From: Flectonema sp. DT1601
Taxonomy: Eukaryota
Direction of reading: 5' to 3'
DNA: 64,000 nt
Assembly (NCBI GenBank): GCA_964019425.1
Contig: OZ025787.1
Coordinates: 1,054,001 to 1,118,000, forward strand
Part shown: positions 48,066 through 59,502 of the stretch, in pieces
Numbering within the stretch: position 1 is the stretch's first letter
How the letters are laid out: each line of letters begins with the position of its first letter
Made by a program: the position numbers and the translations under genes
Notes under the pieces: generated by a model
What the model was told of the DNA's origin: nothing
The model's input: only the letters and a program-made list of their open reading frames with translations
Database searches by the model: none

Positions 48066-50963
48066 TCACATGGAGTTTGCAGTTCGTTGTCGTAATATTT
48101 GATTAGTTGTTTGCAGTAGTCTCGCAGCCGTCTGCTTCGACTGTTCAAACTTCTTTCGGTGTCGAGACATCCATTTCAGGCGGCTGATTTCATCATTTCG
48201 ACGAGTGTTTTCCAACTTCTTAATCAGAGACCTTTCTCGCTCATGTTGTAGTTCTCTCTGCTGGGCGAGTTGCTCGTCTTCTTTAATAATTGAGAGGATA
48301 ATTTCAAAGTCATTTTCAATCGAACAAAAGAACGATTTCTGTTGTTCGGCAACGACCGACCTCGCTGGCGACTCCGACAGAAGAAATGTCAACTCTTTGT
48401 AAGCTAGTGCGAGTTGGTACCTCCATTCAAGGACGATCTTCCGACGAGTACTTTCACACATTGAAACTGTGAAGAGTTCTAAGTCCTGAAAATATATTTC
48501 GAATAGTAATGATCTTTGATATGTTTCTGAGGATTTAATGCAAAGTTTTTTAACAAAAGCATCGCTTTCACCGCAAAGCTGAGCTGACAGTTCTGTAAAG
48601 CAATCTATAAAGAGATCACCTGCACCAACAACATTATCAACTTGTCCTTTATTAGTAATCAAATCTCTCTCAATACATTCATCATTACTCAGGTCTACAA
48701 CATCACAAAGAAGGTTAATCATTGAAGTGTTTATTGTCAATAGTTGATTTTGGAATTGTGTACATATTTGGAGTGATTCCTCGCTAAATGTGATTTCTGT
48801 TTCAGATGAGATTTCAGTTTTTAATTTTATTCTTGCACGAGTTTCCCTGACGGAGACATTCTCAGTCACTCTCCCGATGTTATAAAAAGTCCAATATCGA
48901 ACCCAACAGCTACTCTGTAAAAGATCTGCCAACTGATCAAGATTTGTACAACAAGTGTGTTCACGTAACTTCCAATAAGTTAACTCAAAGTCTGCACGTT
49001 CTTTATACTCCGACAGAATGATATTACAAAGAGCGTGCTCTAAGGTAAGTTTATAGTCACAACCATTGATGTCAACTAAACACATTACTCTCATTTCATT
49101 ACAGAAGTACTCAGACGATATTAATATTTGAGTGTTAAGCTGTTCGTGAAGGATGGCCCTTCGCAGTTCAGACTCGTTCTCAAATAATATTTTGCTGCTA
49201 AAGGAAAACACATCGACTGTGTCTTCCACATCCAGTAGATACCCAGAAGATAAACAATTATGTTGTGATAGCAGTTGTTGAACAACAGTGGCTCCAAAAT
49301 TAATAAAGTGCTCTTCTTTGATGTTATTACGAAATACCTCCTCAACATCAAAGAACCAACGGGTGTGTAGGTCGGTTGCTTTCAGTTTGCAGGCAGCCAG
49401 AGTCTGTTGCGCGCAGATGGCCACCAGTTCGTTTTCAAACTCCGTGAAAAAAAGTTGACGGGCACGCCACTCATTTTTTTCAATCAAAAAACAAGCCACA
49501 GAGTCATCATGAAATAGTAATTCTTGTAACCTACCCAATCCTGTCAACGTGTCTCGTTCTTCAACAATCACATCAACTATTAAACAACAAGTTGTCGGGA
49601 CAACCTTTTCAACGATGATTATCGATTCTGGTTTTGGTGGATCAGGCTTTTCTTCGAATCGAGAAATCAGAGCGGATACCTTTCTTGGTTTTGAAGGTTC
49701 ATTAATAACAAGACTGCTATTTGATTGAGTTCGGCATTCCTTCGGGATGCTAATTTCTTGCAGAAGTTGACTGTCATTGTCAGGTAGTCCATCCCCACAC
49801 GGAGCGGGACTCTCTTCGCTCATTAGCTGAAGACCTTCAGATTCACGTGACGCTTCCATTGGGATCATCTGATTTTTAATAAGAGAGACTTCCTTTACTT
49901 CTTCAACACTCATCTCTTTATTCATTTTAGGATAAGTTTCTATTTGATGTGAAGTATCCTGTTTTTCTGTAATCTCTTCTAGAGGAGTTGGAGGGTCTGA
50001 TGCTGGAGTACTAGATTTCATCTGCTCTTTCACATGCGTCATGTTATTACTTTGTGAAGTATTTGATGAAGAGTTTGATTTTATTAATTGATTATTCTCA
50101 TTTTCTGGTTGGCAGTTGTCGATGTGAATTATGTCGTCGCATTGATTGGAACTGTCACCACCTGCTGTGATACTTTTAGCAGTCTTAATGCGTCTTCGGT
50201 ATCTCTTCCAACAAAGCTGAATTTGAATAACTGATGAAGAGGCTACCTGACTACGATGACGACGTTCACAGGTACCAATACATCGTAGAATACGAGAACG
50301 ATGAAAGGTTCCCTCGTTACCTTCGTCAAAAAGAGAGAGAGCTGATCGTAGAACTTCTTCAGATTCTGAAAACCTCTTCAAACTTATCAGAAGAACTCCC
50401 TTATTCACAAGTACATTAGTTCTCGAAGCTGAGCTCAATGCTAACAACTTGTTGAAGTAGTCGAGGCTTTTTGTCAAATGCAAGTTTCGATCAACGTTGT
50501 GCTTAAATAATGACATAGCATAGGCATGATGACAACACGCCAAATTGTTTAAAATTTCGTGTTTTTCGTCAGGTTTGACGCCGTCCACGTTTTTTTGTAA
50601 ATCACAAATCGACTGAACTTTTTGGTATTGGTCAAGAGCATTTAGAAAGTCTTTTTTCATGAAATAAGAATCACCAATCCCTGCTATTGTCCTAGCAATG
50701 TCGGGGTTTTCTGTATCTTCATATGCAATAATTTGAATTTCATGAGCATCCTTGTAACACTGCATTGCATCATCTGGTAGACGTGCTTTCAAACGAGCTT
50801 CCGCCTTAGCGTAGAGTACTTTAATTTTATCATATTCATTCAAAGAAGGAGAAGATAAACTTTGTCTGGGACTGATACTCGGTCTTGGGCTTAACCCAGC
50901 GGCGGAAAGTCGTGAAGCACTACTCGGTCTCGACTCTTCTAATGCAATTTGCTTGTTACCCAT
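48066..50963 (-). CDS. TPR-repeat and IQ-motif protein
   Basis: 965-aa ORF. TPR-like repeats ('DIARTIAGIGDSY', 'ILNNLACCH', 'VLVNKGVLL'), IQ motif 'IQIQLCWKRYRRR', MG start (possible myristoylation). Confidence 0.75.
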   Translation of the reverse strand: MGNKQIALEESRPSSASRLSAAGLSPRPSISPRQSLSSPSLNEYDKIKVLYAKAEARLKARLPDDAMQCYKDAHEIQIIAYEDTENPDIARTIAGIGDSYFMKKDFLNALDQYQKVQSICDLQKNVDGVKPDEKHEILNNLACCHHAYAMSLFKHNVDRNLHLTKSLDYFNKLLALSSASRTNVLVNKGVLLISLKRFSESEEVLRSALSLFDEGNEGTFHRSRILRCIGTCERRHRSQVASSSVIQIQLCWKRYRRRIKTAKSITAGGDSSNQCDDIIHIDNCQPENENNQLIKSNSSSNTSQSNNMTHVKEQMKSSTPASDPPTPLEEITEKQDTSHQIETYPKMNKEMSVEEVKEVSLIKNQMIPMEASRESEGLQLMSEESPAPCGDGLPDNDSQLLQEISIPKECRTQSNSSLVINEPSKPRKVSALISRFEEKPDPPKPESIIIVEKVVPTTCCLIVDVIVEERDTLTGLGRLQELLFHDDSVACFLIEKNEWRARQLFFTEFENELVAICAQQTLAACKLKATDLHTRWFFDVEEVFRNNIKEEHFINFGATVVQQLLSQHNCLSSGYLLDVEDTVDVFSFSSKILFENESELRRAILHEQLNTQILISSEYFCNEMRVMCLVDINGCDYKLTLEHALCNIILSEYKERADFELTYWKLREHTCCTNLDQLADLLQSSCWVRYWTFYNIGRVTENVSVRETRARIKLKTEISSETEITFSEESLQICTQFQNQLLTINTSMINLLCDVVDLSNDECIERDLITNKGQVDNVVGAGDLFIDCFTELSAQLCGESDAFVKKLCIKSSETYQRSLLFEIYFQDLELFTVSMCESTRRKIVLEWRYQLALAYKELTFLLSESPARSVVAEQQKSFFCSIENDFEIILSIIKEDEQLAQQRELQHERERSLIKKLENTRRNDEISRLKWMSRHRKKFEQSKQTAARLLQTTNQILRQRTANSM

Positions 50964-51602
50964 CGTTAGTACCCTCCCCCATACTCTGGATGGTGAGTGA
51001 GTATTAAGTTGAAAGCCAAAGGGGAAAAAGGGTGTTGCTCATAGCGGTACCATTTTTGGTTCAATACCAACTTTGTGAATAAAAATATAAATAAATAACA
51101 GTATCCGTTGCGTAAATATGAGTGAGCACAAGTTGTGATCGCTACAAAGTTATGTGCAAACACCTTGTTCAGACTCATAACTTTCAGATAGTAAAATAGA
51201 TTAATATTAGAGAGGGAAGTTAACGAAAGCGGAACACAAATACGGTTCCCCCTTTCCTTTTTTTTTACTCGCCAAAGATCTTGATGTGAAGTGTAATTGA
51301 AGATAATCCTCGACAGTTGAAAACAAAGGAGCGAGACCGATGACTACTAAACAAAACAAAAGACAGAAAAAATAAACAAAAATCCACCCTCAACCACCAC
51401 CTGAAATACTTCCACATCACAAGAGTATTAGCAACAGCGCATCAGTGGTTGCATTGCTTCGGTTTGATAAAAGCCACCAAGTAAAGATCTTCTGAACCCT
51501 TTCTCGGAGGTCTTTAATTCCCATTCTCCTCATTAGAGAGGAGGATAATTAAAAGAGATTGGTAAATATAGTTCACAAGAATTAGTTTTTAGTTCTAAAA
51601 AC

Positions 51603-54600
51603 TTAAAGAAAGAATGCCTCGCATCTGATGGTTATGCGATTCCTAGTCCCACCATAACAAACTGGTGCAGGAGTTGTAACCTCACCCTCAGAAGACTCAA
51701 GGCTCTCATGAGATGCTGGTGAATCATTTGCGAGAAGAGGACACATAGTATCTCCGCTAAGGATACTGGTACTTCGAAGAGTAGGGCTAACTGGGAATAA
51801 CTCAGTCACAACGCCATCTTCAACGCTTGCATTGCGATGACCCAGACGTGCCCCAGATCGACGTTTAATCTTCATATCAATAACATTTGTTACAAAGTCC
51901 CAAATCATTTTCAGAGCAACAATAACAGCGGATACCAGCAGCAACCAAGTCGCGAACGTGTACATTATTCCATCAGTTGTTTTGTTAGCCCAAAGAGCGA
52001 CGGTCATCAGAAGCACAGCACTGAACATTATAACAGCCAGCAGTGCAGCTAACAGATTATCAAAGACTGCTGTAAATGGTCTTAAGATAATGATACTCAA
52101 GGCAAATGATCCAAAAAGAAGACAAATAAATACGTTTCGTGTATTGCAAAGAACTTCATTAGAACCCGGCTGCCATGCAGAGAAGAAACTGAGACAAAGT
52201 AATACGGAAATTTCTACGACAACGAAGTAAACTCGGTCGGATTTGAATGATTCGAAGACTACACCAAACTGTTCTACGAAGTAATTGTTTGGTGTGACTG
52301 ATACCCAGATGTGTTTACCAAAAACGAAGGCATAGACTTTGGCCTTCATTCCTACGTACACTTTAAATTCCTTATTTGATTTCTCAATAAGTTGATGAAT
52401 GAGTGGATCGCCAGGATGGATTCTGGGATCAGGAATTTGAATCGCTTCTTTCGAAATTCGTCTCAGTACCTTCCTCCAAATCATAAATGGTGATACCACA
52501 CACAATACTAAAACTGTCCAACCGATGATTAGTGTTGCAGTGTTCGATTCCGAAGGTTGGAATACTACTCTGCAGGCTATCAAAGTAGTTCCTTGGAGAA
52601 GGTACAGATAGGGAAGTAATAGTAATCCAGGCATTTTAGTATCACCTTTTGACTTTTCAATATTGCCGTTGATACGATATAAAAAACAGACCACCACTAC
52701 CTGAACTATACCTAATCCAATTAGAATCACAGGATTCATAATTAAAGCAGCTGCCATATATTTCCGATGTTTTCCCGCGAAATCAAATCCGATCCTAGAG
52801 GGATGGAATTCCCAGTCTAGTTGCTCAGCTTCCGTTAAATCAACATCATCAACACGACACCCAAATGACATAGCGACATTTAGCTTCGCAACACTACCAA
52901 CTCCCCCGGGAGACATCATGACAGCTGATGCGACTCCAGCAACAGCACTTGCTATTTCAACTTTTTCCTTTTCCTTTTCGGGTAACGTACCAATAGAAGT
53001 ATCTATTTTGCTAGCTAGCGTCGGAATTAACGATGCCGGTATCGCGGAATTAGTTTCTGGGACTGTGGTTAGAGGTGCCAACGTGATGGAAGATGGAGTT
53101 GGTGAACCCACAGTCTGCGGGACTTGCGTTTGAGGAACTTGTGTCTGCGGGACTTGCGTTTGAGGAACCTGCGTTTGAGGAACCTGCGTTTGAGGAACCT
53201 GCGTTTGAGGAACTTGTGTCTGCGGGACTTGCGTTTGAGGAACCTGCGTTTGAGGAACCTGCGTTTGAGGAACCTGCGTTTGAGGAACTTGTGTCTGCGG
53301 GACTTGCGTTTGAGGAACTTGTGTCTGCGGGACTTGCGTTTGAGGAACCTGCGTTTGAGGAACTTGTGTCTGCGGGACTTGCGTTTGAGGAACCTGCGTT
53401 TGAGGAACTTGTGTCTGCGGGACTTGCGTTTGAGGAACTTGTGTCTGCGGGACTTGCGTTTGAGGAACTTGTGTCTGCGGGACTTGCGTTTGAGGAACCT
53501 GCGTTTGAGGAACCTGCGTTTGAGGAACCTGCGTTTGAGGAACTTGTGTCTGCGGGACTTGCGTTTGAGGAACTTGTGTCTGCGGGACTTGCGTTTGAGG
53601 AACCTGCGTTTGAGGAACCTGCGTTTGAGGAACTTGTGTCTGCGGGACTTGCGTTTGAGGAACTTGGGTCTGCGGGACTTGTGTTTGCAGAATCGGTATC
53701 GGCGTCTTCGGAATAGGTGTCGATGGGATCGATGTCGGCGGTACGATTGTAGGAGGTGACGTTGGCGGAATTGGCGTCGAAGGAACTGATGTCGGCAGAA
53801 CAGGAGCAGGAGTACCAAATAATCCTTGAATTGTTTTAGATGAATACCATACTGCACGGCAAGAGTACTCAGATGTACACCAAATATCATCTAAACCGCC
53901 TTCCGCTATACCTTCACATGCGTTACCTTCTTGACACTGAAGAGTACATTCAGCAGGATCTGGGGGACAGCTTGGCCCCGACATTAGATAGCAACTCTGC
54001 ACGCCGTTACATTTCAGTGAACACTTTTCGCGAACATTTCTACAACGAAATTCTGAATCAACACAACTGTTAAATCCGAGGCACGTAGTGTCACAGACAG
54101 AAGCACTACCACAATCAATATCTATTTTACTGCAAGACTCCTTGCCGTCACAATTAATGTTAACAGTTCCACCCTGAGCAGTAGTCTTTTGCCTAACTGT
54201 AAGTTCATAACAAGCTCGCGAACCTTTGCAGTCAAGATCGCACACACCTCCATTTTGTCCAGGGCAATTCAGATTACTACTTTGGCAAGAATTTGGAGAA
54301 TCACAATTTACATCACAAGTGTTGCTGTCTGGACAATTTATAGTAGTCTGAATACAGGCATTGTCTCTGGTACAAGATAATTCTAACTTACCATCAGCTC
54401 CATTTATGATTGTTTCCGAACAAGAGTCGCTAACATCACATCCTACCTGACACAATCCATCTGGGCAGTCAACTGTCATTTGACTACATCCTTTCAACTC
54501 GCAATTGAGGAAAAGATCTCCCGTCGATGGAGAGTTTCTGATGATTTTACTGTTGCTACTTTTACATGCATTAGAACCACAAGTCATTGTTAACTTACCA

Positions 54601-54914
54601 GTTTTTGGTTGTTTTACTCTGATGTCGAAACACCCGCCACGTTTATCACATTGGACTACGCAGTTGCTGTTATCTCCGCAATTTACTTTCATACCAACAC
54701 ATCCATCTGTGTCGGTACATTTGATAATACAATCTTGTGAATGGTGACAGTTAATTGTACATCCTGTGCATGTGTTTCCAGAACACGTCAAAGTACCGGC
54801 CCCCGAGCTCGGAAAGTTTACAGTTCCTCCTCCCTGACATGAGCTCTGTGACACTACTAAGGAGTTAGCTGATGTAAACACTGAACATATTAGAAATACT
54901 TTTGTGAGGATCAT
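51603..54914 (-). CDS. Cell-surface multi-pass membrane protein: Cys-rich ectodomain, mucin-like PQTQV stalk, ~7 TM helices
   Basis: Signal peptide (MILTKVFLICSVFTSANS, ATG 54914), regularly spaced Cys repeats, Pro/Thr stalk, seven or more hydrophobic segments in the C-terminal ~450 aa. Confidence 0.85.
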   Translation of the reverse strand: MILTKVFLICSVFTSANSLVVSQSSCQGGGTVNFPSSGAGTLTCSGNTCTGCTINCHHSQDCIIKCTDTDGCVGMKVNCGDNSNCVVQCDKRGGCFDIRVKQPKTGKLTMTCGSNACKSSNSKIIRNSPSTGDLFLNCELKGCSQMTVDCPDGLCQVGCDVSDSCSETIINGADGKLELSCTRDNACIQTTINCPDSNTCDVNCDSPNSCQSSNLNCPGQNGGVCDLDCKGSRACYELTVRQKTTAQGGTVNINCDGKESCSKIDIDCGSASVCDTTCLGFNSCVDSEFRCRNVREKCSLKCNGVQSCYLMSGPSCPPDPAECTLQCQEGNACEGIAEGGLDDIWCTSEYSCRAVWYSSKTIQGLFGTPAPVLPTSVPSTPIPPTSPPTIVPPTSIPSTPIPKTPIPILQTQVPQTQVPQTQVPQTQVPQTQVPQTQVPQTQVPQTQVPQTQVPQTQVPQTQVPQTQVPQTQVPQTQVPQTQVPQTQVPQTQVPQTQVPQTQVPQTQVPQTQVPQTQVPQTQVPQTQVPQTQVPQTQVPQTQVPQTQVPQTQVPQTQVPQTQVPQTQVPQTQVPQTQVPQTQVPQTQVPQTQVPQTQVPQTVGSPTPSSITLAPLTTVPETNSAIPASLIPTLASKIDTSIGTLPEKEKEKVEIASAVAGVASAVMMSPGGVGSVAKLNVAMSFGCRVDDVDLTEAEQLDWEFHPSRIGFDFAGKHRKYMAAALIMNPVILIGLGIVQVVVVCFLYRINGNIEKSKGDTKMPGLLLLPYLYLLQGTTLIACRVVFQPSESNTATLIIGWTVLVLCVVSPFMIWRKVLRRISKEAIQIPDPRIHPGDPLIHQLIEKSNKEFKVYVGMKAKVYAFVFGKHIWVSVTPNNYFVEQFGVVFESFKSDRVYFVVVEISVLLCLSFFSAWQPGSNEVLCNTRNVFICLLFGSFALSIIILRPFTAVFDNLLAALLAVIMFSAVLLMTVALWANKTTDGIMYTFATWLLLVSAVIVALKMIWDFVTNVIDMKIKRRSGARLGHRNASVEDGVVTELFPVSPTLRSTSILSGDTMCPLLANDSPASHESLESSEGEVTTPAPVCYGGTRNRITIRCEAFFL
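53113..53690 (-). repeat. Coding 15-bp minisatellite (~38 units, PQTQV)
   Basis: Units CCTCAAACGCAAGTC, CCGCAGACACAAGTT and CCTCAAACGCAGGTT read directly from the sequence. Confidence 0.97.
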
Positions 54915-55242
54915 AAAGTTCTGGAATGTTAAAGTAAAATAATTTTTCCTCACAAGAATCTGTTTTTAACTTTTACGTTTACCAAGAACTGACTTAGTTA
55001 CCCCCAACATGTTGATACAATTTTAGTGAATGCTGTCATACGAAATAATTTGACTGAAGATCTACATCTATTTCTTAACTCCAAAAGGGTACTTATTGCG
55101 AGCCTGCCAGAGGTCGGTGAAAAAAAGAAGTCGTAAAAGTGTTATGGGTCCACAGTAGTCACTTTATCACGAAATCGAGTAAAGGATATGAACAAAAAAA
55201 TGTTTAAAAATATTCAAAAATGAAATAATAATAAAAAATGTG

Positions 55243-55276
<34 letters not shown>

Positions 55277-57663
55277 CTTTTTTTTTTTTTTGCCCACTTT
55301 TTTTTGTGCAAAGGGACAACCGAGGGGAAATGGGGGATAATATAATTAAAAAAAAACGTCAACCATGCCTGTCATCATCCATCTCGTCAACATCCATCAG
55401 TATGCGTACATCCTTAAAACAAAAGTACGAAACATTTAGGGCAACAAGTTTGCTGCCTGGGCATTAGACAAACGCACCAATACCTGTTTTAAAACAAAAA
55501 AAAAAAAAAAAAGAGGGTGGGGGAAAAGAAAACGTAGGAAGAAAAAAAAAGAAGAAAGTAACCTATTTATTAAAAGTGCAGAACTTCTAGAAAACAACAA
55601 CAAACACCAATACTCCTATCCCAGGCGTACTAGTTTTCTTATACTGAGTGGTGTACAATAAATTGACGGACATATCAAACAATGAGATAACGTCAGGGGG
55701 GTAAGGGGGGAGTGTTAGTTGTTTCCTAATGAAAGAAGAAAGAGCATTGTGTAAGCCCGAGATGGAAAAGTCTTCCAAAAAGAGTGACTAAAGTGTTATC
55801 GCAAAAAGGTTCCAAAAACGGTTTTAAAACAACAAGATATATGTCGAGGTGGTTCTTTTTCAGAGAAAAAAGAATACCCATTTAAAAAAATAAACCACCT
55901 CAACAGACTGCTCTTATGGATAAAACTGTGTAAGGCCCAACATAGGATGCTTGTTTCAATTATAATGTGAAGGTCGGGGATAGAATCATTTTTTTTTTAT
56001 TCTTTCATTTCATTCTTTTCAAGTGTAATATTATTGCGAAGCTCACTCTAGAAGAGTGCTCTCAGACAATAATTAGGATTGGTTAAGATGGTTTTACTTT
56101 TTTTTTTTTTTTTTATGTGTTCCCCCAAAAAATGATTGAAGCCTCTCGGCAGACATCACCAGGGGTAATGATACATGAACAAGTTCCCCTCCCCCCCCTT
56201 TTATTTTTTTTAGACAATACTCCAAATACCTTGTATTACCCACAAGTGTTCGCCAACAGGAGTAGTTAGTTAAAATGTGTTTGCTAGTCAAGAATGGTTT
56301 ATTGGTCTTGAGAAAAAACACTGTCATTTCAGACAATTAAAAAAACAAACACAATCGTGTGGGATGCCATACAAATAGTGGATGGGTTTCGTTTTTTTTA
56401 TTTTTTTTTTTGGGGGAGGTAATGTTTTTTTGGAAACTACAAAGTCCAATTCATTACGCGGGGAACCATATCAACATGGTTGAATTTATTACTTGAATAG
56501 CCTCCCGTCATATTAAGTTCGTAAGTACGAGAGAATGGGGTGGGAGATTTTTCAAAAATAAAATTAACAAATAAATAAAGCCACTTGCAAAAAAAAAAAA
56601 AAAAAAAAAAAAAAAGTATACACACCACATTGCATTACACAGACTTTAGCTGTATGTTTTCCTCATCTTTTTTTTTTCTCCCTTTTTTTTAAGAGAACGT
56701 GTCCACTCCTTACCTACTCCACACAACACTACAATTAAAATAAGATGATTAACTAGAGATTTGTTATAAAAAGTTTTCTTTTCAACGAAGTAGTAAATGT
56801 GTCGCTCAATTATTTAAGAAAGTATTATTATTGTTGTCGTCTGCCAACTGTTGGCAGGGATTATATCTCTTGCAACCGTTGGGTAGTTTAAGAAAGTAAC
56901 CCGTTGTAGAGCTGTTCTCTGATAAGAAGAAGAAGAAAAGAAAAAAAAAGAGTTTCCCGTTAATTGGAATTCTGCAGTTGATACGCCGTAAGGATAAACG
57001 GCTAGCTCGGAAAATTGCCGCCGGAAGGCGGGTAACACAACAAATATTGGAAAAGAATTTCTTTGGTAATACAAGAAAAACGAAAAGAGGGAAGGCTAAC
57101 AGAGGGATAGGATGGGAGGGAAAGGGCCAGCTTGCAACAAGTAAACTATTCAGTCCGCAGACTGACATCAATAAAACGCGACTTGCTACGAACAAATACT
57201 CGATTTGCGACCTGAAGAATTCCCGGCAAAAGCGATTGTCGCACAGGGGACAAGACGGGTTGGGAAGCAGGAATAAAAAGAAAGTGATGGGTGAGGGGAA
57301 AATATAATGAAATAATAATAATAAACGTCAAACCGTGTCCCCTCAAGTACATAAGAGCACTTCAAGAAGAACAGCAACTGAAATATACACTTCTGCGTGT
57401 AACAACAGCCCCATGTGGACACTACACAAATATCTTTTTTTTTAGGGGTATGGGACGTATGGACAGGCAAAACCAATATATAACTCAGGTGCAACTAATA
57501 CTTGTCTTTTCTTTTTTTATTTTTATCTTTTTATTTTTGTTTCCCCCCAATTCTTCAGGATATTTCACCACGATACTCATCCCTCCTACAGTGCTAAGAA
57601 ACACCTTCCAAAGTATTAACAAGGTATTGCTCGGAGTAGTACAAGGGTGCAGGGATTACTTTT

Positions 57664-58950
57664 TTATGCTGTTTGAGTTAAGGATTGAATCGAAATTTCA
57701 AAAAAAAAAAAAAAAACTATTCGAGATGACAACATACCATTATCAACAATGTCATCAAGTAGCGAATGGAGTTGAGCTTGATTCATAGCATCGTCAGGTG
57801 CAGTGGCCTTCTTTTCAGCATTGCGTTTCTCAAGCCATTCTGCTACAGTTGCTTTATCGATGTAGTCTTCTTCATCTGGGGCACAGTGTTCTGCTACCCA
57901 CTGGTGTTCCATTAGTGTGTTGGCTGACGCTCTCTCATTAACATCCTTTCGTAGACACTGATCAACAAAATCAACAAACAGTTCACTTGGCTCATAAGCA
58001 GAGAGATCTACTGGGTAGCTATCAGACTTGAAATGCTCAACCAGCTTCCAAAACTTAACCTGCCCATCACTTAATCCATCATCACCTAAGAGAGCACCAA
58101 ATGGATGCCTTCCAGAAAATAACTCAACCAAGCAAATACCCAATCCCCAAATGTCAACACAAGAAGTATACTTTTCACCATTTAACCTTTCTGGTGCCAT
58201 GTATGTGACAGTGCCTACGAATGACGCAGCAGATCCCTTTGTTGATTCAAGGTCTCCAGATACTCCAAAATCTGTTATTTTTATCATACCATCATTATTG
58301 AACAATAAATTACTTGGCTTCATGTCTCTATGAACCAAGTAGCGAGTGTTATGCAAGTACTGCAATCCTTTAAGGACCATCTTCGTTACGCATGCCAATA
58401 TATTCTCCGGCACACCACGGTCTGCTTGGGTCTCAGCTGAAGTATTAATCATGTCAAGTAGCGATCCATTCATGTACTCGAGTACGATGTAAACAGACCC
58501 CTCCTGTTTGTTTGTTTTGTATTCGACTGATAATTATTTTGTTTATTTCTCTCTTACGAGATAACATACTTTTACAAAGGCACCGTGGAACTCTACTACG
58601 TATGGAGATAACTTGGACTTCGTGTCGTATAAAGTTTTAAATTCTTTTTCTATCTCACAAAAATGGTGGTTTGTAAGCTTAATCTCTTTTAACGCATAAA
58701 TTTCTCCTGTTGTTTTTCTCTCGACCTTAGTGACACTGCCGCTGCTTCCAGAACCAAGCACATCTTGGCAAATTAAGTCTTCAAAATTTAATGTCGCGCC
58801 TCCAACTGAATTGTGAATACCTCCTGTAGTTACAGTGGCTACAGGTAAATACAGAGACCCTCCCACAGACTGGTGAGTACCAGAGGCTATGCTCTTCTCA
58901 ATCTCCGTCGATATCTTTGAGGTGTTGATGGCCTGAGGACGTTTTCCCAT
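57664..58950 (-). CDS. MAP kinase kinase (STE7/MEK family), 3 exons
   Basis: 'LGSGSSGSV', 'YALKEI', 'VHRDMKPSNLL', 'DFGVSGDLESTKGSAASFVGTVTYMAPERL'. Introns 58504..58569 and 57669..57737. Confidence 0.92.
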
Positions 58951-59062
58951 TTTGACGTCGCTAACCTGAAGTTGAAAATATGAATTGACTGACTTAATAC
59001 CATTCTTATTGATTAATATACTACCAGACCACAGATAAACAGACACCACCTAGACTGGTCAG

Positions 59063-59113
59063 TCAGTAATCAGAAGTTGTGTTCGAGGTGTTGATGGCTG
59101 GGACGTTTTCCAT
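59063..59113 (-). other. Candidate uORF (MENVPAINTSNTTSDY*) inside a degenerate duplicate of the MAP2K start region
   Basis: 59085..59134 is an imperfect copy of 58919..58974. Confidence 0.6.
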
Positions 59114-59502
59114 TTTGACGCTGACCTGAAATTGTAAAAACAAAACAAAACAAAACAAAAAAACTTGGCGCAACACTATATGCATAGTTTCTTATTAGGG
59201 GTGTCTCACTGTGTATAAAAATGGACTTACAAACAAAGAAAATGGGATAAAATAAACAAGTAAAGTAAAGACGCCAATGGGGTTAAAAAGTCTGTCTAGA
59301 TTGCATTGGACCTAAGTAGTCTAAGTGGTTTGATGATCACCAGTAAAAACACTTTCACGGGGATTGACCGTTTCGAAGAAACAGACAACCTCCCCAATAT
59401 AAAATTAACACGCCAATTAGCTAACACGTGTCATCAAACTTCAGGTGTACATCGGGTACAAACACATTAATTAATAAGGGCGAAAATCCGTTATCACATA
59501 AG

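Noticed and set aside
53069..53890. Overlapping long ORFs (RRHKFLKR, AGLAFEE, LRLRNL repeats) and CRISPR-like periodicity
   Set aside because: These are alternative frames of the stop-free 15-bp coding minisatellite. There are no unique spacers and no cas genes.
55000..57660. Long non-coding interval possibly holding RNA genes
   Set aside because: No tRNA, rRNA or snRNA signature recognised. It is consistent with a homopolymer-rich 3' UTR or spacer, but an Infernal/Rfam scan would be needed to exclude ncRNAs.
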